Source of the DNA: an uncultured Clostridia bacterium
GTDB lineage: Bacteria > Bacillota > Clostridia > Christensenellales > UBA1242
DNA length: 64,000 nt
Direction of reading: 5' to 3'
Assembly (NCBI GenBank): GCA_905235475.1
Contig: CAJOLU010000005.1
Span: 72,892-136,891, forward strand
This document shows positions 55,843 through 64,000 of this stretch, piece by piece (the first letter of the stretch is position 1; each line of letters opens with the position of its first letter). Under the pieces are notes generated by a model. The model was given only the letters and a program-made list of their open reading frames with translations, had not been told where the DNA came from and made no database searches. Made by a program: the position numbers and the translations under genes.

Positions 55843-56415
55843 TTAATTTCCTGCAAAAATTTCCACCTGACTTGAATCGACCTTTAAAAGCGCTTGAATG
55901 GCTTTTAGTAAATCAAGTTTAACTCTTATGTTATTTGCTCCTTGAGCAATCACAATCACCCCTTTTACCTCTGGCAATATTTCCATCAAAACTATTGGAT
56001 TGGTTGAACCATTTTCTTTTATTAAAACTGGTTCAGTGCTAACTGTTGTGGTTTCTGTTGAGTTGAGTGTGCCATTTGATGCTTGATTATTTGTTTTGCT
56101 AGTCTTTTCGTCAGTTTGTTTGGCAAGCACAAGTTCTTTAACTCCATCAAAGGTTAAAAGCACCTTAACATTTCCTGCCCCACTAATTTTTGATAGTGCT
56201 CCTTCAATTCTTGTTTCAAGTTCTTTGGCGTATTCAAAAGTTGATGAAGTGCCACTTGTTGAAACTTCGCTAGCAGAACTTGTTTGTGGCTTTGAAAAAT
56301 CGTGAAAAACAATAAACAAAATAATAACAGCCAAAATCCCAACAACAATAATCTCAATGTGTTTAATTTTTTTCAATTTTTGAAAGAACTTGTCTAAAAA
56401 TTTTAGTTTACTCAC
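55843..56415 (-). CDS. spoIIIAG: Stage III sporulation protein AG
   Basis: TM segment, low-complexity linker and C-terminal VKGVIVIAQGANN motif, in the correct operon position. Confidence 0.8.
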   Translation of the reverse strand: MSKLKFLDKFFQKLKKIKHIEIIVVGILAVIILFIVFHDFSKPQTSSASEVSTSGTSSTFEYAKELETRIEGALSKISGAGNVKVLLTFDGVKELVLAKQTDEKTSKTNNQASNGTLNSTETTTVSTEPVLIKENGSTNPIVLMEILPEVKGVIVIAQGANNIRVKLDLLKAIQALLKVDSSQVEIFAGN

Positions 56416-56893
56416 AAATAATCACCCGTCCTTCTTCCACACCAGTTTGTTCCATAAGCAAGATTTTTATAGCCTCATAATAATTTATATGCTCATTTTC
56501 TTGTGATAGAACTAAATTTTGTAAATCGACAAAAACATTATTTATTTTTAGTGCGTTGTCTTCAAAATCAGCCCAGATTTCAATTTTCACTCCATCAAAA
56601 CCATTTTGCTTTAAATTTTGTTCTAGTCCTTTTTCCAAAATAGTTTTTTGTTGCGACATAAACACTTCTGTGTATTCTTCATTGTAACTTATGTTGTTAT
56701 CAAAAAATGAAGAAAAATCAACATCATTTTTTAATAATTTTGGCAATGGGCTAACAATAACAAATATTAAAATCAAACTCATAATGCTTTTTTGATATTT
56801 TGCAATCTTGCCATCACTCACAATAAGGTCCATTAAAACAGAAAGCAAAACAACTCCACAAATTGATAAAAAGTATTGTGAAATAGCACTCAT
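56408..56893 (-). CDS. spoIIIAF: Stage III sporulation protein AF
   Basis: Two N-terminal TM segments and a soluble C-terminal domain, in the correct operon position. Confidence 0.78.
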   Translation of the reverse strand: MSAISQYFLSICGVVLLSVLMDLIVSDGKIAKYQKSIMSLILIFVIVSPLPKLLKNDVDFSSFFDNNISYNEEYTEVFMSQQKTILEKGLEQNLKQNGFDGVKIEIWADFEDNALKINNVFVDLQNLVLSQENEHINYYEAIKILLMEQTGVEEGRVIICE

Positions 56894-56905
56894 TATCTTG
56901 CCCTC

Positions 56906-58093
56906 CTAAAGCACATTTGCAGTGCAAAGAATTAATCCAATTGTAATAATATACATAAACGAAATTGCAAGAACAATCATCACAAGAAGCCCCAGCATTT
57001 TTGCTGTTTGGTGCAAAAAGTTTGGAATTGTGGTGTTTGATATTGGCTCCAAAATAGCGGCTGTGAGTTTTAGTAAAAGCAAAAATGTCACAAGATGTAA
57101 AACTGGCGAAAAAATGCTAGCAAACAATAAAAATATTCCACTAACACCCACAGCATTCTTAATCAAAACACTTCCAGCCACAGCAACATTAAATCCATCT
57201 GAAAGATAACCACCCAAAATTGGCACATAACTTTTTAATGCAAATTTTGCCGCCCTAACACTCACGCCATCAAAACTTCCCGCAACAATTCCTTGAATAC
57301 CCAAAATGCCTAAAAATGCCCCAAAAGATAAAGTTGAAATCCACTTTAACAAACTTTTGCAAAAATCAATCATTTTGTTTAGTCTCACATTAGAGGCAAA
57401 GTTATTGATGATGCTTAAAACAAACATAAAAACAAAAATTGGAATAATCACAAACATAAAGATTACAACAACAACTTGTGTTAGAATCGCAACAGCGGGC
57501 TGATATATTCCAACCGACACAGTTCCCCCAACGGCAGCCAAAAAAGTTAATAGAATTGGAAATAATATTTGCATCTCAGTTTGCATTGTGCTAACAGATG
57601 ACCTAACTTCATTAAACAATCCAACAACAGTAGCCGAAATCACAACAACAACAGCCCCAAAACAAACAAAGTTAACAATTTCACCAACGCCTTTTTGTGC
57701 GGTTTCTGCCCTAAGACTTGAAATAACACTGCACAAAATTGTGATAATCACCACAATACAAAGCAATGGAACAAAGCCCAAAACATCTTCAAAAAAAGTG
57801 TTAATAAAAGCATCAAAAAAAGATGAAAAACCATCTCCAAAATCGCCACTTAAAAGTCTTGAAACTTTATCAAAAAAACTTGTTGAACCAAAAACATTTT
57901 TTTGCGAAGCATTCATATCATCTAAAATATCTTGCAGCCCATCAAAATCCAAACTTGAAAGTTGCTCATTGGTGGCAGTTTCTAGTTCCTGTTCCAAGCT
58001 TTCTTCTTCACTATCGGCAAAGCAAATTCCAACACCAGAAAAACAGCAACAAGCCATAACACACAAAACAACCAAAACAAAAACTTTCTTCAT
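56906..58093 (-). CDS. spoIIIAE: Stage III sporulation protein AE
   Basis: Signal peptide plus a ~7-TM protein of 395 aa, matching SpoIIIAE in size and position. Confidence 0.85.
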   Translation of the reverse strand: MKKVFVLVVLCVMACCCFSGVGICFADSEEESLEQELETATNEQLSSLDFDGLQDILDDMNASQKNVFGSTSFFDKVSRLLSGDFGDGFSSFFDAFINTFFEDVLGFVPLLCIVVIITILCSVISSLRAETAQKGVGEIVNFVCFGAVVVVISATVVGLFNEVRSSVSTMQTEMQILFPILLTFLAAVGGTVSVGIYQPAVAILTQVVVVIFMFVIIPIFVFMFVLSIINNFASNVRLNKMIDFCKSLLKWISTLSFGAFLGILGIQGIVAGSFDGVSVRAAKFALKSYVPILGGYLSDGFNVAVAGSVLIKNAVGVSGIFLLFASIFSPVLHLVTFLLLLKLTAAILEPISNTTIPNFLHQTAKMLGLLVMIVLAISFMYIITIGLILCTANVL

Positions 58094-58485
58094 GGCATCA
58101 ACCCCACCAACAACTCAACAAGAGAAGTGATTATTGGAATCGCCATCACAAAAATAACAATTTTCCCGGCTAACATAATTTTTGATGCCATTGCACTACT
58201 GCCACTATCAGCACACAAATTTGCACTAAATTCTGTGATGTATCCAACTCCAACAATTTTGATTAATAGTGTGAATAATTTGGAATCTAAATGCGTTAGT
58301 TCCATAATGTAACTAAACAACCCAAGCACCTGTTCTAATAAGTCTATTATGTAAAGAAAAACACAAACAGAACCCGCAACTCCAACCACCAGAGCCAAAT
58401 CAGGTTTGCTTGGCTTTAGAATTAAACAAGCAATTGTTGTTAAAAACCCTATACCAATAATTTTAAGAAGAATTTCCAAAAACAC
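58090..58485 (-). CDS. spoIIIAD: Stage III sporulation protein AD
   Basis: 131-aa 4-TM protein in the correct operon position. Confidence 0.82.
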   Translation of the reverse strand: MFLEILLKIIGIGFLTTIACLILKPSKPDLALVVGVAGSVCVFLYIIDLLEQVLGLFSYIMELTHLDSKLFTLLIKIVGVGYITEFSANLCADSGSSAMASKIMLAGKIVIFVMAIPIITSLVELLVGLMP

Positions 58486-58496
58486 TCACCCCAATC

Positions 58497-58694
58497 TCAA
58501 AACAAATAAAACATATTCCCAACAGAAGTGAAAAGCTCTGAAATCATATCCACAATCATAACCAAAACCACAATAAGCCCAGCAAGACTAACCAAAGTTG
58601 CAATTTCTTCTTTGCCTGCCTGTTTTAAAACCTGACACGCCACAGCAATCAAAACACCAATGCTGGCAATTTTTAATATTATTTCAACATCCAT
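58497..58694 (-). CDS. spoIIIAC: Stage III sporulation protein AC
   Basis: 65-aa two-TM protein (KIASIGVLIAV...) in the correct operon position. Confidence 0.82.
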   Translation of the reverse strand: MDVEIILKIASIGVLIAVACQVLKQAGKEEIATLVSLAGLIVVLVMIVDMISELFTSVGNMFYLF

Positions 58695-58701
58695 ATTTCA
58701 C

Positions 58702-59169
58702 CTAAACAAGAATAATAAACAAAAGAACACCAAGCATAATGCACAAATTAAATTTAAGTTTACTTTTCTTTAAACCAAAACTTTTTAAGTTAGCAATTTT
58801 TTCATTTAGCATTGCAATAAAGTTTTCAATCTCTTTTCTTTCTCCATCTGCGTTCAATCTTCCTAAACGCGAGAAAAAATTATCCACTTCCTCTTTTTCA
58901 TCGTTAGTTAAAAAAGTTATTCCATCCAAACAATTTTTAATGTTATTATTTAAGTAAGCATTTAACACAAGTCCAAAATCTCCTTGAATGTTTTGCTTTA
59001 AAATAATGCTTGGCAACTTGTTTTGAAAATAGTTAATCTCAGTCACTAAACTTTGGCAAAATTGCAAAAAACTAGAATAAAATATTAATTTTTTTAGTGT
59101 TTTTCTATAAATAAACAGCCCAAAAACGCACACAATCAGCAAAACACACAACGGAATAACTATATTCAT
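58702..59169 (-). CDS. spoIIIAB: Stage III sporulation protein AB
   Basis: 155 aa with an N-terminal TM segment and a GspF-like helical domain, in the correct operon position. Confidence 0.78.
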   Translation of the reverse strand: MNIVIPLCVLLIVCVFGLFIYRKTLKKLIFYSSFLQFCQSLVTEINYFQNKLPSIILKQNIQGDFGLVLNAYLNNNIKNCLDGITFLTNDEKEEVDNFFSRLGRLNADGERKEIENFIAMLNEKIANLKSFGLKKSKLKFNLCIMLGVLLFIILV

Positions 59170-59170
59170 T

Positions 59171-60088
59171 TCATATCCTTAACAGCAAATTTGTTTGTTT
59201 GTCATCAAAAACACCTTCAAGTGTTCCCACTCCATTTTTATTGGAAAGCACCACAAACCTATCAAAAACCTTATCTTCCAACAACCTTTTAAAGTGAGGT
59301 TTTCTAAAAAGTTCTTTTAAATTTTGAGCGTGTGCTGTGGCAATAATTTTAACTCCAGAACCAATAGCATAATCTAAGGCACTAACGTCCAAAGGGCTTG
59401 CAAGTTCGTCCATGGCTATTGCTGTTGGAGTGAAAACTCTTATTCCATTTAATATTCCAAACTCTTTTGTGGAATAAGACAGAACATCAGTGTTTTCGCC
59501 AACATTAAAAATTGTTTCATCATCAAATTTTTGTGCAATCTCTCCCCTTTCATCTAAAATGAGCAAATTGCTAACAATGTGCTTGCTTGAAAGTTGATAG
59601 CAAACATCACGCAAAAAAGTTGTTTTACCAGCACCGGGTGGCGCAACAATTAATGTGTTTTTAACGCCATTCTCATCAAATAAAAATGGAAGTGCCTTTG
59701 AACTGCAATTTGGAACTTGATGCAATAACCTTATGTTTATGGAAGAAAAATTTTTTATAGTTTTGATGTGCCCATCTTCAAAAACAGTTTCGCCACACAC
59801 ACCAATTCTTTGACCATCTTTCAAAGTTATAAAAAGTTGCTTTAGTTGTTCGTTATACGCATAAACAGAGCATTCACAAGCCTTAAAAATTATGTCTTGC
59901 ATCTCATCATATGAGCACATTAAGGCGTATTCTTTCTTATCAGTTATTCCATTTTCTCCCAAATAAAAGTTAGTTCCAAACCTAACAATCACAGGCTGTT
60001 TAACTCTTATTCTAATTTCTTGCAAACCTTTTTTATTTAAGCCATTAAGTGCTTTATGGATTCGTGTTGGCAAAAATTGTTCAAACAT
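59171..60088 (-). CDS. spoIIIAA: Stage III sporulation protein AA (ATPase)
   Basis: Walker A APPGAGKTTFLRD and Walker B LILDERGE. Start at the ATG preceded by GGGAGA gives 305 aa. Confidence 0.88.
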   Translation of the reverse strand: MFEQFLPTRIHKALNGLNKKGLQEIRIRVKQPVIVRFGTNFYLGENGITDKKEYALMCSYDEMQDIIFKACECSVYAYNEQLKQLFITLKDGQRIGVCGETVFEDGHIKTIKNFSSINIRLLHQVPNCSSKALPFLFDENGVKNTLIVAPPGAGKTTFLRDVCYQLSSKHIVSNLLILDERGEIAQKFDDETIFNVGENTDVLSYSTKEFGILNGIRVFTPTAIAMDELASPLDVSALDYAIGSGVKIIATAHAQNLKELFRKPHFKRLLEDKVFDRFVVLSNKNGVGTLEGVFDDKQTNLLLRI

Positions 60089-60159
60089 CTTTTTTCTCCC
60101 ACAACTAATATATGGACGCTTCTTATGTGTTAGAACAAAAAAAAGAAACCATTGTGGTT

Positions 60160-61008
60160 TCATTTTAGTTTTGCAAAATAATTTGCCATTGTTTGTGCAT
60201 CTGGTGCTTGTGTCCCTTTTGATTCACTTATTATTGTTGGATTAATTTTAAGTTCTTTAACACTTTCTAAAAATGGCTCATAGTTAGGTCCATAAACATT
60301 GTCTTCAAAAGTTAAGTGAACAATCTCCCCTTTTTCACCATACTTAATCTTTGAAAAATGAATGTGGCAATCATTAACCTTTTCAAAGCCCAATTTATCT
60401 ATTGCTTTATCAAAAATTCTAAGAAAGTCATCTTTTGTTTTAAGTGACCCTTGAGTTATACTGTTAATATGCCCAAAATCAAAACAAGGATAAATTGCCT
60501 TATCCCAAGAACAAATCTCAAGAATTTCATCAACGGTTCCAATATTTGAATATTTTCCCATTGTTTCTGGATTGATGTGTTGCCCAGAAAGATCTTCATC
60601 ATAATAAAATTGCAAGAAATCTTTAATGCCCTTTTCCATATTACTAAAAGCCTCTTTCCTATCCAACTTCATTTGTGAGCCAACATGAACAACACAGTTT
60701 GTTCCACCAAGCATTTTAAGCCCCCTTAGGCTATTTAATACATATTTTGTGTTATTTTCAATTGACATTGGACTTGTGTTACAAAAATTTATGTAGTATG
60801 GAGCGTGAACACTAATTTTAATATCATATTTTTTTGCTTCATCATAAATCTTTTTAGACTTTTCAGCACTTAAAAATCTGCCCAAAGTAAACCCATATTC
60901 ATATGCAGAAAGCCCCATTGAGTTAAGCCATTTTGGGGCTTCTTCACTCTCTTTATAACCAAGTTCATAGAATAAATCACAATTTCCAGACGGTCCAAAT
61001 CTTACCAT
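60160..61008 (-). CDS. Endonuclease IV (Nfo)-like TIM-barrel protein
   Basis: Metal-ligand pattern parallels Nfo: HAPYYINF, VVHVGS, NPETMG, CFDFGH, HIHFS and ISES. Confidence 0.6.
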   Translation of the reverse strand: MVRFGPSGNCDLFYELGYKESEEAPKWLNSMGLSAYEYGFTLGRFLSAEKSKKIYDEAKKYDIKISVHAPYYINFCNTSPMSIENNTKYVLNSLRGLKMLGGTNCVVHVGSQMKLDRKEAFSNMEKGIKDFLQFYYDEDLSGQHINPETMGKYSNIGTVDEILEICSWDKAIYPCFDFGHINSITQGSLKTKDDFLRIFDKAIDKLGFEKVNDCHIHFSKIKYGEKGEIVHLTFEDNVYGPNYEPFLESVKELKINPTIISESKGTQAPDAQTMANYFAKLK

Positions 61009-61019
61009 TTCTTTCTCCT

Positions 61020-61868
61020 TTATATAAGCCAGGTTGGAATGCTTGCTAGTCCATTTTCATCAACATAGCACACTCCAACCAAAATGCCTTCATCATATAG
61101 CCTATACTTTCCAGTTTTTTGGCTGACTTTAATTTTTAATCCATTCTTTATTTTTTGAATTTGCTCACTTGTTAGTTTTATTTCTTCTAAATAACTTATT
61201 GCAAAGTCATTGGCAATAATATCATCTTCACAAATGTCCTCAATCTTTTTGCTATTCTCAATTAAAAACTCGCCGCATTTTGTGCGTTTTAGAGCTGTCA
61301 TTGTGGCACATGAATTTAAACTATTCGCAAAATCCCTGCAAATGCTCCTAATATATGTTCCACCACTGCACTCAATCTCAAAAGAATAACTAGTGTCTGT
61401 TAGTTGCTCCAAAAGTTTAAAGGAATAAATTTCAATTTGATGTGGTTTTATTTCCGCAGTTTTTCCACTTCTTGCCAACATATAAGCCCTTGTTCCATTA
61501 ACATTTTTTGCTGAAAACATTGGGGCTGTTTGCAATTGTTTGCCAATCATTTTATGTAAATTTTGCTCAATTTCTTGTTTTGTTGGAATAATTTTTGTTC
61601 TTTTAACAACAACATCACTTTCTAAATCAAGTGTTTCTGTTTCATAACCAAAATCAAAAGTTGCAACATATGTTTTTCTTTTTTCAAGCATAACATCAAA
61701 AAGCCTATTTGCTCTCCCAACTCCAACAACCAAAACCCCAGTTGCGTTTGGATCTAGCGTTCCCATATGACCAATTTTGTCTTTTATGGTTAGTTTTTTC
61801 TTTAATTGCCAAACCGCCTTAGCACTGCTCACCCCAAATTCTTTGTTCACACAAAAAAATCCATTCAT
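61020..61868 (-). CDS. truB: tRNA pseudouridine-55 synthase TruB
   Basis: Catalytic motif GHMGTLDPNATGVLVVGVGRANR, with no obvious PUA extension. Confidence 0.92.
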   Translation of the reverse strand: MNGFFCVNKEFGVSSAKAVWQLKKKLTIKDKIGHMGTLDPNATGVLVVGVGRANRLFDVMLEKRKTYVATFDFGYETETLDLESDVVVKRTKIIPTKQEIEQNLHKMIGKQLQTAPMFSAKNVNGTRAYMLARSGKTAEIKPHQIEIYSFKLLEQLTDTSYSFEIECSGGTYIRSICRDFANSLNSCATMTALKRTKCGEFLIENSKKIEDICEDDIIANDFAISYLEEIKLTSEQIQKIKNGLKIKVSQKTGKYRLYDEGILVGVCYVDENGLASIPTWLI

Positions 61869-62827
61869 TTGTTTAATTCCTTTTTACTTTCTAAAACAAG
61901 TGCATTAAGGGCTTTTTCAAGTTCGCCTTTCAATGTAAGGCCAGATGCTTGCTTATGCCCTCCACCATTAAATCTGTGAGCAATATTTGAAACATTAACA
62001 TTATCACAAGCAGTTCTAAGGCTCACTCTCCACTCATTAACTCCATCTTCACTGATATTAATTGCAATCTTAACGCCCCTAACATTTTGAAGATAACTAG
62101 ACATAAATTTCCCATCACTTCTTTTTGAGGCAAATTCCTCAAAATCTTTTTTGCGAAGAATGGAAACAGCAATTTGTCCGTTCTCATAAAATCTAACAGA
62201 ATCAAAAGCTCTTTTTGTGATGTTAAAATTTTCTTCTCCAGCAACACCAAAACAAAGATAAAAGTTTTTGTTAACATCTGGGCAATACTTCATCAGTTCT
62301 GCAGCACATTTGTGGGTTTTGCAATCAACAGAAGAAAATGTAAAGGCCCCACAATCCATATAGATTCCACTATATAAAAGTTTTGCCAAATCATAGTCAA
62401 GTTTCATCTTGCTTCTAAAAAGCCAATACAAAACTTCACAGCAACTACTCATTCCACCACAAACATAATTATAATCCGCATATTTCTTGTTATCTTGGTG
62501 GTGGTCTATGTTAAATTTTGTTTTGCAATTTAAGAAAACTTTCATATTTTCTTCACATAACATTGTTACTTCAGCACAATCCACACATATTCCAACATCA
62601 AATATCTTTGTTGAAGAAACCTCAAAATCTCTTTTTCCAACAACCTTCATAATTCCAGCACTTGGTTCTTTTTCAACAAAAACAACCGAATCTTTCCCCA
62701 ACTGCTTAATTATTTGTTGAAGAGCAAGACCAGAACAAATGCAGTCGTGGTCACTATTTTTATGCGTAAAAATTGCAATGCTTTTTGCACTATTCACAGA
62801 ACTTAAAAGTCTTTGCAAAAATGTCAT
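61865..62827 (-). CDS. nrnA: DHH/DHHA1 phosphoesterase (NrnA-like nanoRNase)
   Basis: Motifs HKNSDHDCICS, NIDHHQDN and GGGHKQASG. The rbfA-nrnA-truB synteny is present. Confidence 0.85.
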   Translation of the reverse strand: MTFLQRLLSSVNSAKSIAIFTHKNSDHDCICSGLALQQIIKQLGKDSVVFVEKEPSAGIMKVVGKRDFEVSSTKIFDVGICVDCAEVTMLCEENMKVFLNCKTKFNIDHHQDNKKYADYNYVCGGMSSCCEVLYWLFRSKMKLDYDLAKLLYSGIYMDCGAFTFSSVDCKTHKCAAELMKYCPDVNKNFYLCFGVAGEENFNITKRAFDSVRFYENGQIAVSILRKKDFEEFASKRSDGKFMSSYLQNVRGVKIAINISEDGVNEWRVSLRTACDNVNVSNIAHRFNGGGHKQASGLTLKGELEKALNALVLESKKELNK

Positions 62828-63186
62828 TCATCTTCCTCCGTTTTTATATTTAAACTATCCAAAAGTCTATCCATCTTGGCAGCCTCTTCCCAAGTTGTGT
62901 CTTTAAAGAAATGAATTTCAGGAGTCAAACGCATATTTAGTTTTTCAGACAAACTCTTTCTTATAAAAGACGAACTATTAACCAAAATATCAAAGGTTGT
63001 TTGCTCCGCTTTTTTATTCTCAGCCAAAATGCTCACAAACACCTTGGCGTGGCTTAAATCTGCACTAACTTCTGTTTTTGTTATTGTGATTAACCCTTTT
63101 ATTCTTGGGTCTTTTAGTTCATTTGCAATGATTTTTGTGAGTGTTTTTTGCACTTCACTATTTAATCTACCTGTTCTTGTGCTCAT
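62824..63186 (-). CDS. rbfA: Ribosome-binding factor A
   Basis: KH-like RbfA pattern (RLNSEVQKTLTKII..ELKDPRI, VTITKTEVSADLSHAKVFVS) downstream of infB. Confidence 0.93.
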   Translation of the reverse strand: MSTRTGRLNSEVQKTLTKIIANELKDPRIKGLITITKTEVSADLSHAKVFVSILAENKKAEQTTFDILVNSSSFIRKSLSEKLNMRLTPEIHFFKDTTWEEAAKMDRLLDSLNIKTEEDE

Positions 63187-63241
63187 TTTGTTTTCCCCCT
63201 TTAATAAACAAGAAAATCTTAATAGTGATTTTCTATTAAGA

Positions 63242-64000
63242 TTAATCTCTTTCTATCTGTTCAATAACGTAACTTTCAATTGTGTCGCCAACCAAAATAT
63301 CGTTGTGACCTTCTAGTTTAATTCCACATTCCATATTTGCCAACACTTCTTTGATGTCGTTTTTATCTTTTTGAAGTGTTGTGATTGTGGTGTCAACAAG
63401 CATATCTTTGCCTCTAAACAACCTAATTTTAGAGTTCTTGGTTATCTTTCCATCTTTAACAACACAACCAGCAACAGTTCCAATACGGCTAATTTTGAAA
63501 ATTCTAATAACCTCTGCATGACCAATAACTCTTTCTTCAAACACTGGTTTTCTCATAGCCTTAATTTTATCTGAAATATAGTCCACAATTTGATAAATAA
63601 TTTTAGACATAAAGATTGGGTTCTTGTTGTGTTCAATTAAAAGTTGTGCTTTACTATCTGGTTTGGTGTTAAAACCAATTAATTCTGCATTTGCAGATTT
63701 TGCAAGCAAAACATCATTTTCATTAATTGCACCAACACCACCATGAATACACTCAACTCTAACCTCTTCATTTTGAATTTTGTTAAGAAGTTCAACAAGT
63801 GCCTCAAATGACCCTTGAACATCAGCTTTAACAATAACATTCAAAACTTTTTTCTCACTTCCAGCATCGTGAGATAAGAACTCTTCCATAGAAAAGTTAG
63901 ATTTAGTGTTAATTTTCTCCGTTTGAGCCTTTCTCTTACGTTCTGCCAAAACTTGTTTGCTCATCTTTTCATCAACAACATAAATGTTGTCACCAACATT
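63242..64000 (-). CDS. infB: Translation initiation factor IF-2, C-terminal part (5' end outside the window)
   Basis: IF-2 domains C1/C2 (VIVKADVQGSFEAL, GGVGAINENDV, GTVAGCVVKDGKI). The frame stays open to nt 64000. Confidence 0.95.
   Translation of the reverse strand, partial: NVGDNIYVVDEKMSKQVLAERKRKAQTEKINTKSNFSMEEFLSHDAGSEKKVLNVIVKADVQGSFEALVELLNKIQNEEVRVECIHGGVGAINENDVLLAKSANAELIGFNTKPDSKAQLLIEHNKNPIFMSKIIYQIVDYISDKIKAMRKPVFEERVIGHAEVIRIFKISRIGTVAGCVVKDGKITKNSKIRLFRGKDMLVDTTITTLQKDKNDIKEVLANMECGIKLEGHNDILVGDTIESYVIEQIERD

Overview
Low-GC, endospore-forming Bacillota (Firmicutes) chromosome segment. About 60 protein genes, one intact tRNA and no rRNA or CRISPR are supported. Nt 1-7500 hold the conserved ftsK-pgsA-cinA(like)-recA-rny block on the + strand. 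Nt 27.4-64 kb hold a long minus-strand housekeeping and sporulation block: miaA-mutL-mutS-miaB, thiI-nifS, a T-box-controlled pheST, spoVAC/D/E, dacB-like, spoIIM-like, a spo0A-like gene, spoIVB, recN, argR, xseAB, nusB, the complete spoIIIAA-AH operon, truB, nrnA, rbfA and infB. The most unusual region is a ~9.7 kb insertion (7538-17274). It splits a 28-aa-repeat protein gene, is flanked by a 9-bp direct repeat and ends in the 3' half of a tRNA-Thr(GGT). It has decayed genes at both ends and no integrase. Its core is a tightly packed seven-gene operon: a B12-type radical SAM enzyme, an FkbM methyltransferase, a Rossmann protein, TrpRS, a PEP-synthase-like phosphotransferase fused to a CYTH-like domain, a DUF62 SAM-cleaving enzyme and a second divergent TrpRS. 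I read it as a candidate uncharacterised Trp/adenosine-centred biosynthetic or resistance system. Other points worth a second look are a spo0A-position gene whose receiver domain seems to lack the phospho-acceptor Asp, a small SOS regulon with readable LexA boxes, and a + to - strand switch with a XerS-like recombinase beside a 1 kb ORF-free AT-rich gap (possible terminus/dif region). All calls come from by-eye motif reading and synteny. No searches were run.
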